Below, piece by piece: positions 39,000 to 52,722 of a stretch of 64,000 nt of DNA; position 1 is the stretch's first letter; the number at the start of each line of letters is the position of its first letter. The stretch spans positions 7,254,001 to 7,318,000 of the forward strand of contig NC_042997.1 of assembly GCF_006345805.1 (NCBI RefSeq), given 5' to 3'. The position numbers and the translations under genes are program-made. The notes beneath the pieces are model-generated. The model searched no databases, had not been told where the DNA came from, and saw only the letters and a list, made by a program, of their open reading frames with translations. Origin of the DNA: Octopus sinensis. Its lineage: Eukaryota.

Positions 39000-40200
39000 T
39001 TTTCTTGTTATAATGAATTTGCTTCGTGTTATTTATCCTACCACTCCCATGAAATAACTTATTTCCGTATTACTTTTAGTTGTTTCATGATTGTATCCCA
39101 GTTAAATTTTCGAGAATATTTTTGCGTTGAAAATAATGATTATCAAGAACGTGGTATGAAAGTTTTAAGAAGCAGGGAATTGTTTTACAGATTTCGTTAT
39201 TTAGCAATACAGCGTTGCCTTTATGCCATGTACCTCTGTAACACACCAAAGGACAAAAAGAATTTGTGAAATGAAGGATTTTGAAAAATATCTGTAAAAA
39301 TATAATAATGAAATAAAAATTTTAAATTTTGGATTGCAAATTGCATTACAAATATTGCATTACTTGCAGCCTAATTATCATTTTATCTAAGGTTGACACA
39401 CAACATAAAATGAATCCATAGATCCCTAATTTTTGAAGTATATACGATTATATAGAATGGTAACATGAATACAATATGCTTGAAATTAAACAAATATTAG
39501 CAACAAGTACACTTTAGGATACATACATTTTGGTACGTTTTAATGGTGTCTCAGAAAATAACCCAAACATAATAAAAATTATACACTCAAGTAGAATGAA
39601 CCTAGAACCAAATAACTGAATATATCTAACAAAATTCAGTCAGTAGAAAGTTTGTTCTCTGGCATTTAGTATCTTAAATCTCTTAACATTATATCTTTCA
39701 TGCATTCAAAAGATTAAAGAAATTGAAAAATCCATATTTGAGTGTTTTCGATTGAGTGACTGGTAAGTGTCGAATTTGATGGGAAAACTTCAAAATAAAT
39801 CTACATTCAGAGAAGATAATGATTGAAAGCTGTTATTTGAAGAAACTTCATTATACCATAAATGTTTAAGAGAAAATATTGAAAGAAATTAATTGGCCAA
39901 TCGAATCGTGAAACGTGTAGACTTCATTTAAGGGTGGACTTTTACTTACTGTCGTTTTATGTTGATCTGGAATATGCGCAACAATACTTTGATTCAGACA
40001 TTATATAATATTAATGAATTTGTAATCGGACATGAGCAAGTTACATCAATATTCATAATTCCATAAGGAAAACAGAATATTCATCAGAATGCAATAATGG
40101 TTCGACGTTATGCATAAATTCTATACCATTGATAAATGTCTTTTGAGTATCGTGGTTTTACAATGGGTTAACCAAGAAACTTTTGTTAATACTTACATGT
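39000..40200 (+). pseudogene. Decayed LRR-ectodomain relic
   Basis: YNNEIKILNFGLQIALQILHYLQPNYHFI (39301-39387), LNISNKIQSVES (~39616), AFSILNLLTLYLSCIQKIKEIEKSIF (39662-39739), LIWNMRNNTL, LCINSIPLINVF. Confidence 0.48.
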
Positions 40201-40406
40201 ATTAATTGTAAAATATATGGAATCGAATGCAACGCAATGAAACACATATAACTGAAGATAATTATTTAATTTGCAATATTTAATAGGATGACAATTCTAA
40301 ACGCTGTATATAAAAAAATTGTACTATATAACAAACATACATGCATATGTGTGTGCGTGTGCGCAAATATCTAGTTATATATACAGATATAAATACGCAG
40401 GCACAT

Positions 40407-40457
<51 letters not shown>

Positions 40458-40990
40458 TATATATATACATATACGTTTGTATATATGAATACACACGCAT
40501 ACACACATATATATATGTGTGTGTGTTGAGTATGTGCCTCTGTGTGCGTGCGTGTGTAAATAGAATTATTGGCAGGTGTTGCATGTTATTGTCCTCAATA
40601 ATCTGAATTTCATAGTAATAATTAATATCTAAAATAGTAAATGCAAGTATAAATTGCTGCATTATGGAAAGTATTCAATACTTGACAACCGCAATTATAA
40701 TATACGTTGCTATATTTGTAATGGGACACAACAACACAATTATTTCCCAATGAAACTGACGAAAATACACTCAAATACATGCATATAATGTAGGATGCAC
40801 TGTAAGAAAATACATAATGGGTGATAAATATATACTTTTATGATACAAAATATGAACAGATATGTCGATGATTTATTTACTTCCCCTTTCACTCATCATA
40901 TAGAAATATGTATACATATATATTCATTTATGTATATATATATATATGTGTGTGTGCGTGTGTGTGTATGTCTGTATGTATTCATCCATG

Positions 40991-41066
<76 letters not shown>

Positions 41067-42179
41067 AATATTCATGTGTGAGTAGAAAATTATCTGTGAA
41101 TTTTGAAAACTATAAAAGTATAAGTATAATAACCAATATTTTCATATACACTTATATCTATTTTTGGTTACTGGATAAATTGTTCTTTTATATTTGAAGT
41201 AATGATAGAAAAAATAATTACAAAAATAACGTTCAGAAATATAACTCGTAATTACGTTTCTATTTTGTTATATAAAATTCCTTTCATTTAAAAGTTTCCT
41301 CTCGCTCGTGTGTTACTATTTCTGTCCTTTTATTCTAATAGATTTTTACAGTAATAAAAAAGAAAATTCAAAATTCGTTGTTCATGTCGGTAAGTGCGGT
41401 GGCATTTACGAAACTGACATATGAGCAAACTTGTGTATATTCAATTTCTCTGCGGTGTAATTTGAAAGGTTTCGATTGGAATTTCAAGAATGTCGATAAA
41501 CTATGCTCCTCTGATTTTTGGAAGGATCGCAATTATAACAATGCAAGATAATACGAGTCAGTAAGTTATTACTTAAATTTAAAATAAGTGCAATAAAGTA
41601 CATTTACAATTGAATCAAAACGGAATCTCTGAAATTCACAGAAAATCCGATAGCAGCAATGACAATCTCCATATGGAGCAGAATAACATGCATTGACCTT
41701 ACTTCAAACTGTTTTGTCTTTTTCAAGGTGTTCCACATTTATTTCAGTTTACCAACAGGCTACGAAGTTTTCACATTAGTCTAGTGATCCCATTTGCAAT
41801 TCCATCGAATTCCATTGAATTTAGTCCTCTCTTGCATTTATTTTAATCATCTTGATTAATTGTTATTTTCTTCTGTTTGAATTTTATCGATATTCTTTCT
41901 CTTCTTTAGGGTCTAGGGTTTATTTTTATGGTTTGTTTCAAGGATTTATTTGTAGGATTTTTTTTATGTGAGGATAGTTGAAACTCAAAACATGATTGTT
42001 AATAATTTAGTAGCAGAAAAAATTGTCAGTCTGTAGTTTACGACCGAAAGAGCTTTTTAAATATACTTACCATGGTATTTCCAAGTTTTTCCCATGTCAA
42101 TAATCAGTAAACTTGCTTCCCAATGAACTTTAGGGGGATTTCTCTTTTAATCTGTTGATATTCATCTTAATACATTTCT

Positions 42180-42730
42180 GGCGCTACCTTCTGAGTTCAA
42201 ATTCCGCTGAGGTCAGCTTTGCCTTTCATTCTTTAGGTGTCGATTAAATAAGTACCAGTTACGCACTGGGGTCGATATAATCGACTTAATCCCTTTGTCT
42301 GTCCTTATTTGTCCTCTCTGTGTTTATCCCCTTGTGGATAGTAAAGAAATAGGTATTTTGTCTGCCGTTACATTCTGAGTTCAAATTCCGCAGAGGTCAA
42401 CTTTGCGTTTCATCTTTTCGGGGTCGATAAATCAAGTACCAGTTATTCACTGGAGCCTATGTAATCGACTTAATCTGTTTGTCTGTCCTTGCTTTTCCCC
42501 TCTATGTTGAGCCCATTGTGGGCAATAAAGAAATAAGAAACTGCAGTACACCGGAGAAATACTTGGCAGCATTTCTTCTGTCTTACCCTTAGAGTTCAAA
42601 TTCTGCTGAGGTCGATTTTGCATCCTTTCGATTCCGATAAATATGTACCAATTGAGTATTGGGGTCGATGTAATCAACTGTTCCCCTCCCTCAAAATTTC
42701 AGGCTTTCCACCTTTAATAGAAAGCGTTAT
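42180..42730 (+). mobile_element. Three head-to-tail 5'-truncated CORE-type SINE copies
   Basis: GAGTTCAAATTC..GAGGTC..TTTGC core recurs at ~42193, ~42376 and ~42592. Confidence 0.85.
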
Positions 42731-42859
42731 TATTTCTATTGTTGTTGTTATTTTTATTATTGTTCTCATTATTATTTTGCGGATTCGCCGAAGTCCATAG
42801 TCTGACATTTTCGTAATCAGATAAAAATACGCCCAGAAGTGTCTTCCGAATTTTTCAAT

Positions 42860-43700
42860 ATACAATGATATTATGAAATATTAACTATTGTTGTCTTTTC
42901 TCAGAGCATAGATATGTCTAGTTAAATAACTGATTTATGCATTACATATAGAAACTAAAACAAATCCGGATATGTTGTGTTGGCCGATATACGATTGTTA
43001 TGCTAAAAGCCGAAGTCTTTTCACATTACTGCTGAATGAGCTAACATTATTCAGGCCTGATATTCGATTCTTTCTCTTAAATCTCAAATCTGTCACGGCA
43101 TCCCTTTGTTATGAGGGATGCTAAACGCAATGTAGTAGGAATCTTGTTTATACCGTATGCATTTTGGCAATCGTTCATTTGCGGAATATAATAGATACCA
43201 TATAGCATTGACATTGTAATATCCTTCATATTTAATTATTCAGCCGGTGCTAATTTGTGAACTTTCATTTGTGCTAAACACATCTGACAGTTAATAATCT
43301 ATGGGGTTCAAGCATAAACTCAAAGGTCTCTGTGTTTATATTCTCTAACATAAGTGGGTTTCTGTAATTAGCTAATTATTGCTTTCTCTCGCGTGTTGTT
43401 TCAATATGTAAGGTGTCAGTACTACTTTTGGTTATCATAAAATATTCTACCAGCAATTTAGAAAATTATTTCTTCAAGTTAATTTCGTGGTTTTAATTGT
43501 ATTTCTATCCTGATTAGCTGCATTATCGACATCTTTACGTTTAAGTACTCACACCTCATAGAATTCATTTATGTAGCGTAACTACTATTAGAGACACAAA
43601 TTTCGGTTGTTAATTGTTCATAATATTTTTCCTTCATTTTCTATCATACTGCATTTCCTTTGTTACCATATGGCGAGGACCTTATGAATAAATTTTGCAG
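42860..43700 (+). pseudogene. Decayed LRR-coding relic
   Basis: LLLNELTLFRPDIRFFLLNLK (43026-43088); FNCISILISCIIDIFTFKYSHLIEFIYV (~43492). Confidence 0.4.
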
Positions 43701-44245
43701 AAACGATAGTTTTAAAAATGAAGTGTTCATATGTAGTTGTCACATTGTAGATAGAAATTAATCGTACAAGAACTACATTTTAAATGCACGAACTCTTTTG
43801 AGAATACATATACATATTGTAATTTTTTTCTGTAATGTGAAATATAATTAAAATAATTGGAATGGAAGTTCATTTTTCATGCATAAATATTCATGCTTTT
43901 TCAAAGAAATTTGTTGTATGTTCATTCCTAAAATAATCAGTCGTTTTGTGCAGGGTAGGAGCACTTTCATTACTTCTTTAGCTGTGAAATATTATTTCGT
44001 TTCTTTTCAAAAATGAATATATAAAATTCGAACCGACATATAGTATGAGTGTGATGTGAGAAAGTTTTACTGTTAGCAGATTATCTTGTCTTTGTCTTAT
44101 TTATTTCGCTTCCACTTCGGTTTCCATGCGTACAAATGTTTGCTTTGAATATAATTCTGATAACAAAACATGGTCATGAGTGGACACACACTCACACACA
44201 CAAATACGCACACTGACACACACAAGTGTATATGTATGTATATAT

Positions 44246-44323
<78 letters not shown>

Positions 44324-44457
44324 GGTTTGGAGGTGATGTACAGGTATTATATATTAGAAGAAATACGGTACTCAGAAATCTGGATGGTTTTACATTTACA
44401 GAATTTTATTAATATGTTACCTGTTTTTATAAATCATATATTAGCGCTTGCATCTAT

Positions 44458-44536
<79 letters not shown>

Positions 44537-45381
44537 TATATGAATGCATGAATATGTTTAAGTATATATTTATATATGTGGGGGGAGTGTGTGTGTGTGT
44601 ACGTACGTATATATGTATGTATAAACGAAAGAATGTATACGTTTCTTCGGAATGGATGAAATAATATTTAATTACTGCAACCAACAATTAATAAAGTTAT
44701 TAGACACGGTTCTATATTGATTGAAATGCAAAGTTTTTTTTCCGGTGTATTTCATTATATTCTTGACGGATAACACCTACTAGGCAAAGAACACATTGTC
44801 TCGAATATACAAATAATATATCGAAGAATATATTGTGGCCATACGAATAAAATAATCGCATTATTCCTTAACAGACTAGTTAGACTCTGCATATAGAAAT
44901 ATATTTATATACATATATGTATAGTAATTTAAACTCGCATTGGTACTTTTGCCAAACACACAAATATGTCAGCACACACATACATGATATATAATGTCCA
45001 CGAATATTACAAGCAGGCATACAAAATAAGGGACTCGTCCTAATTATTGTTGGGCATCCTTACTCAGATATAATTTCAAGTGAAATAAAAACATTAAGAA
45101 ACTAATATATATGAGTGCGAAAATAAAATAATATGACCAATTTTATAAGGCTATTAATGTATAAACCAAGATCCTCAAAGCCATTGTTGAAATTCACGAA
45201 ATGCCCGAAGTACTAAAAGTGGATTCCTTCATAGAATGAACATAAAATTATAATGCTATATGAAAAATCAGGACTATATGAAAAATTTAGGACTTCCTCA
45301 CAGAAAGCTTCATAAGCTCAATAGACTGATATATATACATACAAATAAAAGCGGCTTTAATTATAATTTATATGCTAAAAT

Positions 45382-47501
45382 TGATGTCAGGTATCCGCTT
45401 GGAGCTACTGGTAACGTGTAACCCAGTACAACCTGTCACATGGTCGGGTCGTTGGCGAATAAACTGGCAACCCCACCAAGATTTCTTGGTGAGGAGGGTG
45501 ATTTGGACACACAGCAGGACTAAAAACAAAACTTGTCAAAGGGCAGAGGAACACTCTCATGAGTCAATGGCCATCCAAAAACCTACATAAATCCGGAGTG
45601 GAGCCCCTAAGGCGGTTGGATTGCGCCATGCGTGCCACCTTCCGGCAGCTCCTGCATCCTGGTCTACCCCCAGCCGCCTTTACTCTGTCTTGCCACTGGA
45701 TCCGGCGCTCCAGGACGAGAGAGTGAGGCTGATCCTGCGCAAGTCACCCTCACTATAATCCAAGACACGCGCACGTCATGACATCATGACACCAACATCA
45801 CAAAGGCCTGTGGCGATGGGGAAACGGCGAAGTAGCAAATGAGGATACACTGGGAGCTGCAGTCGTGAACCCACACACAGGTGGCTCAGGGCATGTGGTT
45901 GCCCCTCACTGAACTGAGGCAGCTGTGGAGTCCGGCAGCCTCCTGAGTGACCGAGCAGCCCTCTTCAGGATCGCTCTGCTCGCTTCCGCAGCATGAGGAC
46001 GGGGCTTGGAAAGGTTGCCCTAAACATAGCCTGCCTCACCTCACCCTGGTCAGCAAACCGCGGCTGGCGGGAATCCTTTCCAAGCGGTCGAAGCAAAGAA
46101 AGAATACGAAAAAACGCGCTCACTTTCGCAACTTGGACCGTGAGAACAACACCAAAGCGGACGGACCAGAGAGACGAACTGCCCTGGTGACCAGAGAACT
46201 GAGCCGATACAATGTCGATATCCCAGCACTGAGCGAGACCCGCCTTGCGGACAAAGGCCAGCTGACAGAGACAGGCGGCGGATACACTTTCTTTTGGAGT
46301 GGTCGCAGCAACGAAGAGCGTCGTGAGGCTGGTGTTGGTTTTGCCATCAAATCAGTACACGTGCGGAAACTTGAAAGCTCCCCCGAGGGTATCAACGATC
46401 GGCTGAGGAAGATGCAGCTCCCACTTTGAAACAAGACTAGTGCGACCATCACCAGCGCTTACACCCCCACCATGACCAACCCTGAAGAAGTTAAGGACAG
46501 CTTCTACGAGGAAGTCGACTCCCTCATAACGTCAGCCCAGCCTGGGAAGCTCATCCTCCTTGGAGACTTTAACGACCGTGTCGGGACTGACCACCAAGCC
46601 TGGCATCGCGTACTGGGAAAGCAAGGAATCGGAAAGTGCAACAACAACGGGCAGCTCCTCCTGCGGGCGTGCGCCTCTCATGATCTTACCATCGCCAACA
46701 CCTTGTTCCGTCTGCCAACACGCAGCAAGACATCATGGATGCATCCACGCTCCAAACACTGGCAACTGATAGATTACGTCATCGTCAGGGCGAAAGACAG
46801 GCGGGACGTGAGACTGGTCAAAGCCCTGTGTGGAGCTGATTGCTGGACGGACCATCGCCTCATCATTCCAGGATGGATTTCTACATCCAACCTAAGAGAA
46901 GACCACAGGGTCAGAAAGTGACGAGGAAGCTCAACATCACGAAATTAAAGAACCAGCTGATTGCAGAAGATCTCCAGTCACGTATGGCCCGCACGCTGTT
47001 GGACATTCCGAATGACCAGTCCAGCATCGATGAGCAGTGGGAATCATTCAGGGACACGGTTCATTTCATCGCTGTCCCACATCGACTGAAAAAGGCTGGT
47101 GAGCTGACTGATCATGGTGGGGCCGCCCGACTTGAACACCTCTGCAGGGATGGCGTCAGAACCTGGAGCTTTGTCGGTAGACATTTTTTTGATGGCTCTG
47201 CTCACTTCCTCAACTTGGGAGACACTTGCTGCCGACCGCTCATCCTGGCGCAGCGCAATCACCACAGGAGCAAAGACAGCCGATGAGAGACTGATTCAGT
47301 CAACAGAACAGAAACACCAAATGCGGAGAGACAGAGCCACCTGCACCAATAGCACAGCCCCTACCCACTTCTGCCCCACCTGTGGGAGGGACTTTCTTGC
47401 CCGGATTGGCCTCACCAGCCACCTCCGGTCTCATAGCAGCAATTCCACCAAATGATGTCAATGGTCATCTTCGAACCCCAAGGACGAACTATTACTATTA
47501 C
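45382..47501 (+). mobile_element. RTE-clade LINE with 10-bp TSD; RT domain deleted and replaced by a short inverted segment
   Basis: TSD ATGCTAAAAT at 45372-81 and 47502-11; APE motifs (ALSETRL, GVGFAI, LILLGDFN, HWQLIDYV, TDHRLI); C-terminal CPTCGRDFLARIGLTSH; minus-strand KAPGSDAIPAEVFK at ~47073-47213; short ATTACT tail. Confidence 0.93.
45391..45467 (+). ncRNA. Candidate degenerate HDV-like ribozyme at the RTE 5' end
   Basis: P1 AUCCG/CGGGU; P2 CCAGU..A/U..ACUGG; P3 ACC/GGU; L3 UGUCACAU; J4/2 C45456-GAA. Confidence 0.5.
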
Positions 47502-47598
47502 ATGCTAAAATACCGGTCCAAACACTTCAACAGAACAATAACCAGCGCAATAACATATATACAATGGTAACGTAATAATAATAGTAATAATAATAATA

Positions 47599-47639
<41 letters not shown>

Positions 47640-47676
47640 AATAATAATAATAATATTGATAATAATAATAATAATA

Positions 47677-48210
47677 TATGACATGAAGCAGTACTAAGCA
47701 GTGGCTCTCGTGGCTTCTGATTTTAACTGATTGGAAAATTATCAAGTACAATGTTTTGCCTTGGTATCAAAGATAGGCTACAGCAAATATTCTGCTCAAT
47801 ACCATGATTTGCTTGTCAGTTGTTTGATCTTAAACAGTTGACCATGTCCCTTCGTGACTGACGATTTGTGCATCTCTGAACATGAGCAGAAGAAGTTGGG
47901 GAGCCTCATAGCCGTGTGTTGAAAGGAATTCTTGGAGGTTTGAATAATTCACCTTTGGACACATGGGTGGTTCATTCAACATCCTTTAACAATCCTTATT
48001 CAGTGACCTTTTGAGCGGAATGGGCTACTCGACCAGAAGAGAATTCTACCTGGGCCACACCTGCAAGGTCCTGTTTATCTTGATATGAGATCACCATGTA
48101 GTGCACATATGGTTGTGATGCATGTGCCTGGTGTAACCTTATCAGACGGGTAGTCACGATGGGTATAAATGGCTTCGTATAGTTTACCCCAGTGTCACTC
48201 AATAATAATG

Positions 48211-48280
<70 letters not shown>

Positions 48281-48804
48281 TATGACATGAAGCAGTACTA
48301 AGCAGTGGCTCTCGTGGCTTCTGATTTTAACTGATTGGAAAATTATCAAGTACAATGTTTTGCCTTGGTATCAAAGATAGGCTACAGCAAATATTCTGCT
48401 CAATACCATGATTTGCTTGTCAGTTGTTTGATCTTAAACAGTTGACCATGTCCCTTCGTGACTGACGATTTGTGCATCTCTGAACATGAGCAGAAGAAGT
48501 GGGGGAGCCTCATAGCCGTGTGTTGAAAGGAATTCTTGGAGGTTTGAATAATTCACCTTTGGACACATGGGTGGTTCATTCAACATCCTTTAACAATCCT
48601 TATTCAGTGACCTTTTGAGCGGAATGGGCTACTCGACCAGAAGAGAATTCTACCTGGGCCACACCTGCAAGGTCCTGTTTATCTTGATATGAGATCACCA
48701 TGTAGTGCACATATGGTTGTGATGCATGTGCCTGGTGTAACCTTATCAGACGGGTAGTCACGATGGGTATAAATGGCTTCGTATAGTTTACCCCAGTGTC
48801 ACTC
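47677..48804 (+). repeat. Two tandem 524-bp copies (47677-48200, 48281-48804) of a non-coding (AAT)n-tailed interspersed element
   Basis: Copies look identical apart from one T/G difference (GAAGTTGGGG vs GAAGTGGGGG); separated and followed by (AAT)n; third copy at 55262-55941. Confidence 0.92.
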
Positions 48805-48814
48805 AATAATAATG

Positions 48815-48885
<71 letters not shown>

Positions 48886-48886
<1 letters not shown>

Positions 48887-51800
48887 TGACAGATCCATCT
48901 CCTAATATAAGAATGGATGCTCGTCATGCTTCAAGGTCAACAAATCAAACAATAAACCACATTGGTCATTGCGCGGATTAGAAAAGACCACGTACCCGAA
49001 AACTGAACCAAATTCTGATTGAAAAATCAGCTACTGGATCAAATCTTCCCAACACACAGGAGCTGGACGTACCCCACAACCGGAATATTCCAACAGATGG
49101 CCATCCATGCTCATCACCAAATAATCAAAAGAAAAAGAAGGAGAAATGGTCTAGGGAAGATAATAAAGAAGTTCTTGAGGCCTTCTACCATGCCATATAT
49201 TTCCCCACAGATAAGTCTAGCACTGTACAAGCATACTTAAACTGGAGACAGAAACACCCTGAAGTAAGACCATACATAGACAGTAACAAACTTGCCAACG
49301 TCAGAAGAAACATTATAAAAAAAAAATTACAGACTGAAGTAGAGATTGATCAGGTTAGACAAGCAATATCGGATAAAATGAACGAAGTTGCAGCTAGAGA
49401 AGATAATACAGAGGAAATAATTATAGACCAGCCCAGGGCTGATAAAAACGAAGAGAGGATTGAAAGAGTTAGTATAAGTGATAGGCAAAGTGAAATACTC
49501 CCTGAACCAATCATAAACACTAAGACAGATGAGCATCAAATAGATAAAGAAAGTCACACAAATATTGACCCAACAGGTTTGCACTTAAGGATATAATTTC
49601 AGCTAATGATGTTGATATCACAAACCTCAACCACCTATACTATGCATCCGCGAAAATCTCAACGATCCTATGTGGTGTAAAGATTAGAAAACGGCAACAT
49701 TCTCACAAAAAGCCTTCTTGGCAAGAGCGTCTTCAACAACAAATTAAAATATTTAGATCTGACATTGAATATTTGAAAAACCTTAAGGCTCACAAGACTA
49801 CCAAACCTACAAAAACCCCAAAATTACTGAAAAAATACAATATGAAATATATACTTGATATTGATGCCACCATAGAAACCATCAAAAAAAAGGTATCTGC
49901 CAAAGCTGCCCGCATAGCGAGGTATGAAAAGCGTGTTAGATTTTTCAAGGACAACAACATGTTCAAAAATAACACCAAGAATTTTTACAGGAAGATAGGA
50001 AAGACAGCGTTTACTGCAAGGTCTGTACCATCAAAAGAAGAAGTGCAGGGATTTTGGAATAAAATCTGGGCAGAAGAAAAAACACACAACGAAAAGTCCC
50101 CCTGGATTGACAGAATATCTACAGAACTGGACCCCTTAGAAGAGCTAAAGTGGGAGGGTGTCAAGGTAGAAGATATAAGATCTGCTCTCAGGAGGTCAAG
50201 CAAATGGAAGTCTCCAGGAAAGAATAAAATTCCTAACTTCTGGCTGAATGCCTTCCCAGAGAGCCATGAACTGCTAACAGAACTGTACAATGATGTTTTG
50301 CAACACCCTAGTAGGATGCCTCCTTGGCTAGTTAATGGGTTAAAATTCCTGCTTCCAAAAAGTGAAGAAACAAATGAACCAAAAAGCTATAGACCCATAA
50401 CCTGCTTAACAACTATGTACAAAACACTAACGTCTGTCCTGACGGAATATACCTATAGTTTTTTAACAGACAGCAGCATATTCCCTAATGAACAGAAAGG
50501 ATGTAAACGTGGATCCTACGGCTGTAAAGACCAACTACTCATCAATAAGATGATCTTAGAAGATTGTCACAAACGACACAAAAACTTATCAATAGCCTGG
50601 ATAGACTATAAAAAGGCTTTTGATAGTCTACCACATAACTGGATTAGGAAATGCCTGGAAATGTATAAGATAGCACATACTCTGCGAAACTTCTTGACTG
50701 TAAGTATGAGATCATGGAGAACCACACTAACTCTGAACAGTGACAATGAATCCCTAAATGCTGGTGATGTAAAAACTTCGTGTGGCATTTTCCAGGGTGA
50801 CTCACTGTCACCACTCCTCTTTTGTTTATCCTTAATACCTCTCTCAAAGCTGCTCAATGACGCGCAGTACGGGTATAAAATGTTTGATAAAAATATAAAT
50901 AATTTCGTTTACATGGATGATTGAAAGCTTTTTGCAAAAAATGACAACTCCAGGGCTTACTAGCGACAGTCAAACAATTCAGTGACGACATCAGAATGCA
51001 ATTCGGCCTCGGTCAATGTGCAAAGGCTACATTTATCAAAGGAAAAATGACAGAAACATCTAACGTTAACCTTGACCAACAGAATGTCATAAAAGACCTA
51101 GACCCAGCGAAGAGCTACAAGTACCTAGGGGTAATTGAAGGGAACGGAATAAGGCATTCAGAGATGAAGGACAGGATCAGCAGAGAATGCTATCGAAGAG
51201 TGAGAGCAATACTCAAGACAGAGCTGAATGCAAGAAACAAGATCTAAGCGATCAATGCATTAGCCATACCAGTCGTGACTTACAGTTTCAATATTGTTAA
51301 CTGGTCAATTACTGAAATATGTCAGCTCGACAGAAAAATAAGGAAACTGTTGACAATGCATAGAATGCACCACCCTAGGGCAGATACAGAACGACTCCAT
51401 CTGCCAAGAAAAGAGGGAGACCGTGGTCTTTTGCAACTGGCAATAACAATGCAGATTGCTACAATTGGTCTAGGCACCTACCTGAAAAACTCTGAGGACT
51501 CAATGTTAAAACTTGTCTCAAAACATGAAAACAAGAAAGCATCATACTCAGTCACAAAACAGGCAAAGGAATATCTAAGTGAATTCCGAATACAACCAAT
51601 TTCGGAATTAGAGATAGATATACAAGAAACAAGCACAGAAAAAGCTAGGCGCATGAAAACCCGTGCCAAAACTGCGGCCTTAGATATTCTGAATAATAAA
51701 TGGCAAGAAAAACCTCTCTATGGCAAATACCCAAAGAGAGCGAATAATGCAGATATCGACAAAGCCCTGACCCATCAATGGCTAATGGCTTCTGGCTTAA

Positions 51801-52655
51801 AATCTGAAACAGAGGGGTTTATCATAGCAGCTCAAGATCAATGCCTACCAACAAGAAACTACCAGGCCAACATATTAAAGTACGGCAGTAGCCCAACATG
51901 TCGTGTATGCCGACAACAAAATGAAACCATTGACCATGTTGTCTCCAAATGCAGTCTTCTACCGCCTACAGAGTACCTCAGTAGGCATGATAGAGCTGCA
52001 CAATATATTCACTGGGTAATTTGCAAAAACCTGGATTTGCCCCATCAAAAAAACTGGTGGGAAAACAATCCACCTCCTGTGCTTGAAAATGACGACATCT
52101 CACTCCTCTGGAACTTCACCATTCAAACTGACAGGAAGATAGATGCAAATAGGCCAGACATTATATTGAAAGACTTCAGACAAAGAACATGCCTCCTCAT
52201 TGATATGACTGTCCCAATCGATATAAACGTATCTGTCAAGACCTACCAAAAACTGAGCAAATATAAAGATCTTGAAATAGAAATCAGCAAAATGTGGAAG
52301 CTGAAGACTAAAACAATACCTGTTGTCATAGGTGCCTTGGGAATGATAGCGAAAGGGACTGATTGCTACCTAACTCAGATACCAGGAAACCCCAAAAATG
52401 GCAGAAATTCAAGAGATAGTGCTCATGGGAACTGCTCATAGCCTACGCAAAATACTCTCTATGTAATCCCAAGGTTTAAAACAAACTTTTTTTTATTATT
52501 TATTTATTATTTTTTTATGTATTAGACATTCACCAGTACAACAGCAAAAAAAATATATATATGGCACATAACTTCTAACCTGTTGTCTCTTGAGGTCTCT
52601 GGGTGAGACTTGGAGCCAACTTGTACAGACATGAAGCAAAAGTCAAACATAGAAC
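48886..52655 (+). mobile_element. Near full-length R4/Dong-type RLE LINE with several stops and frameshifts
   Basis: WKSPG..YRPITCL..WIDYKKAFD..QGDSLSPLLF..YMDD (49773-50924); CRVCRQQNETIDHVVSKC zinc knuckle and RPDIIL..LIDMTVP nuclease (51275-52441); (AAT)n at both ends. Confidence 0.95.
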
Positions 52656-52662
52656 AATAATA

Positions 52663-52720
<58 letters not shown>

Positions 52721-52722
<2 letters not shown>

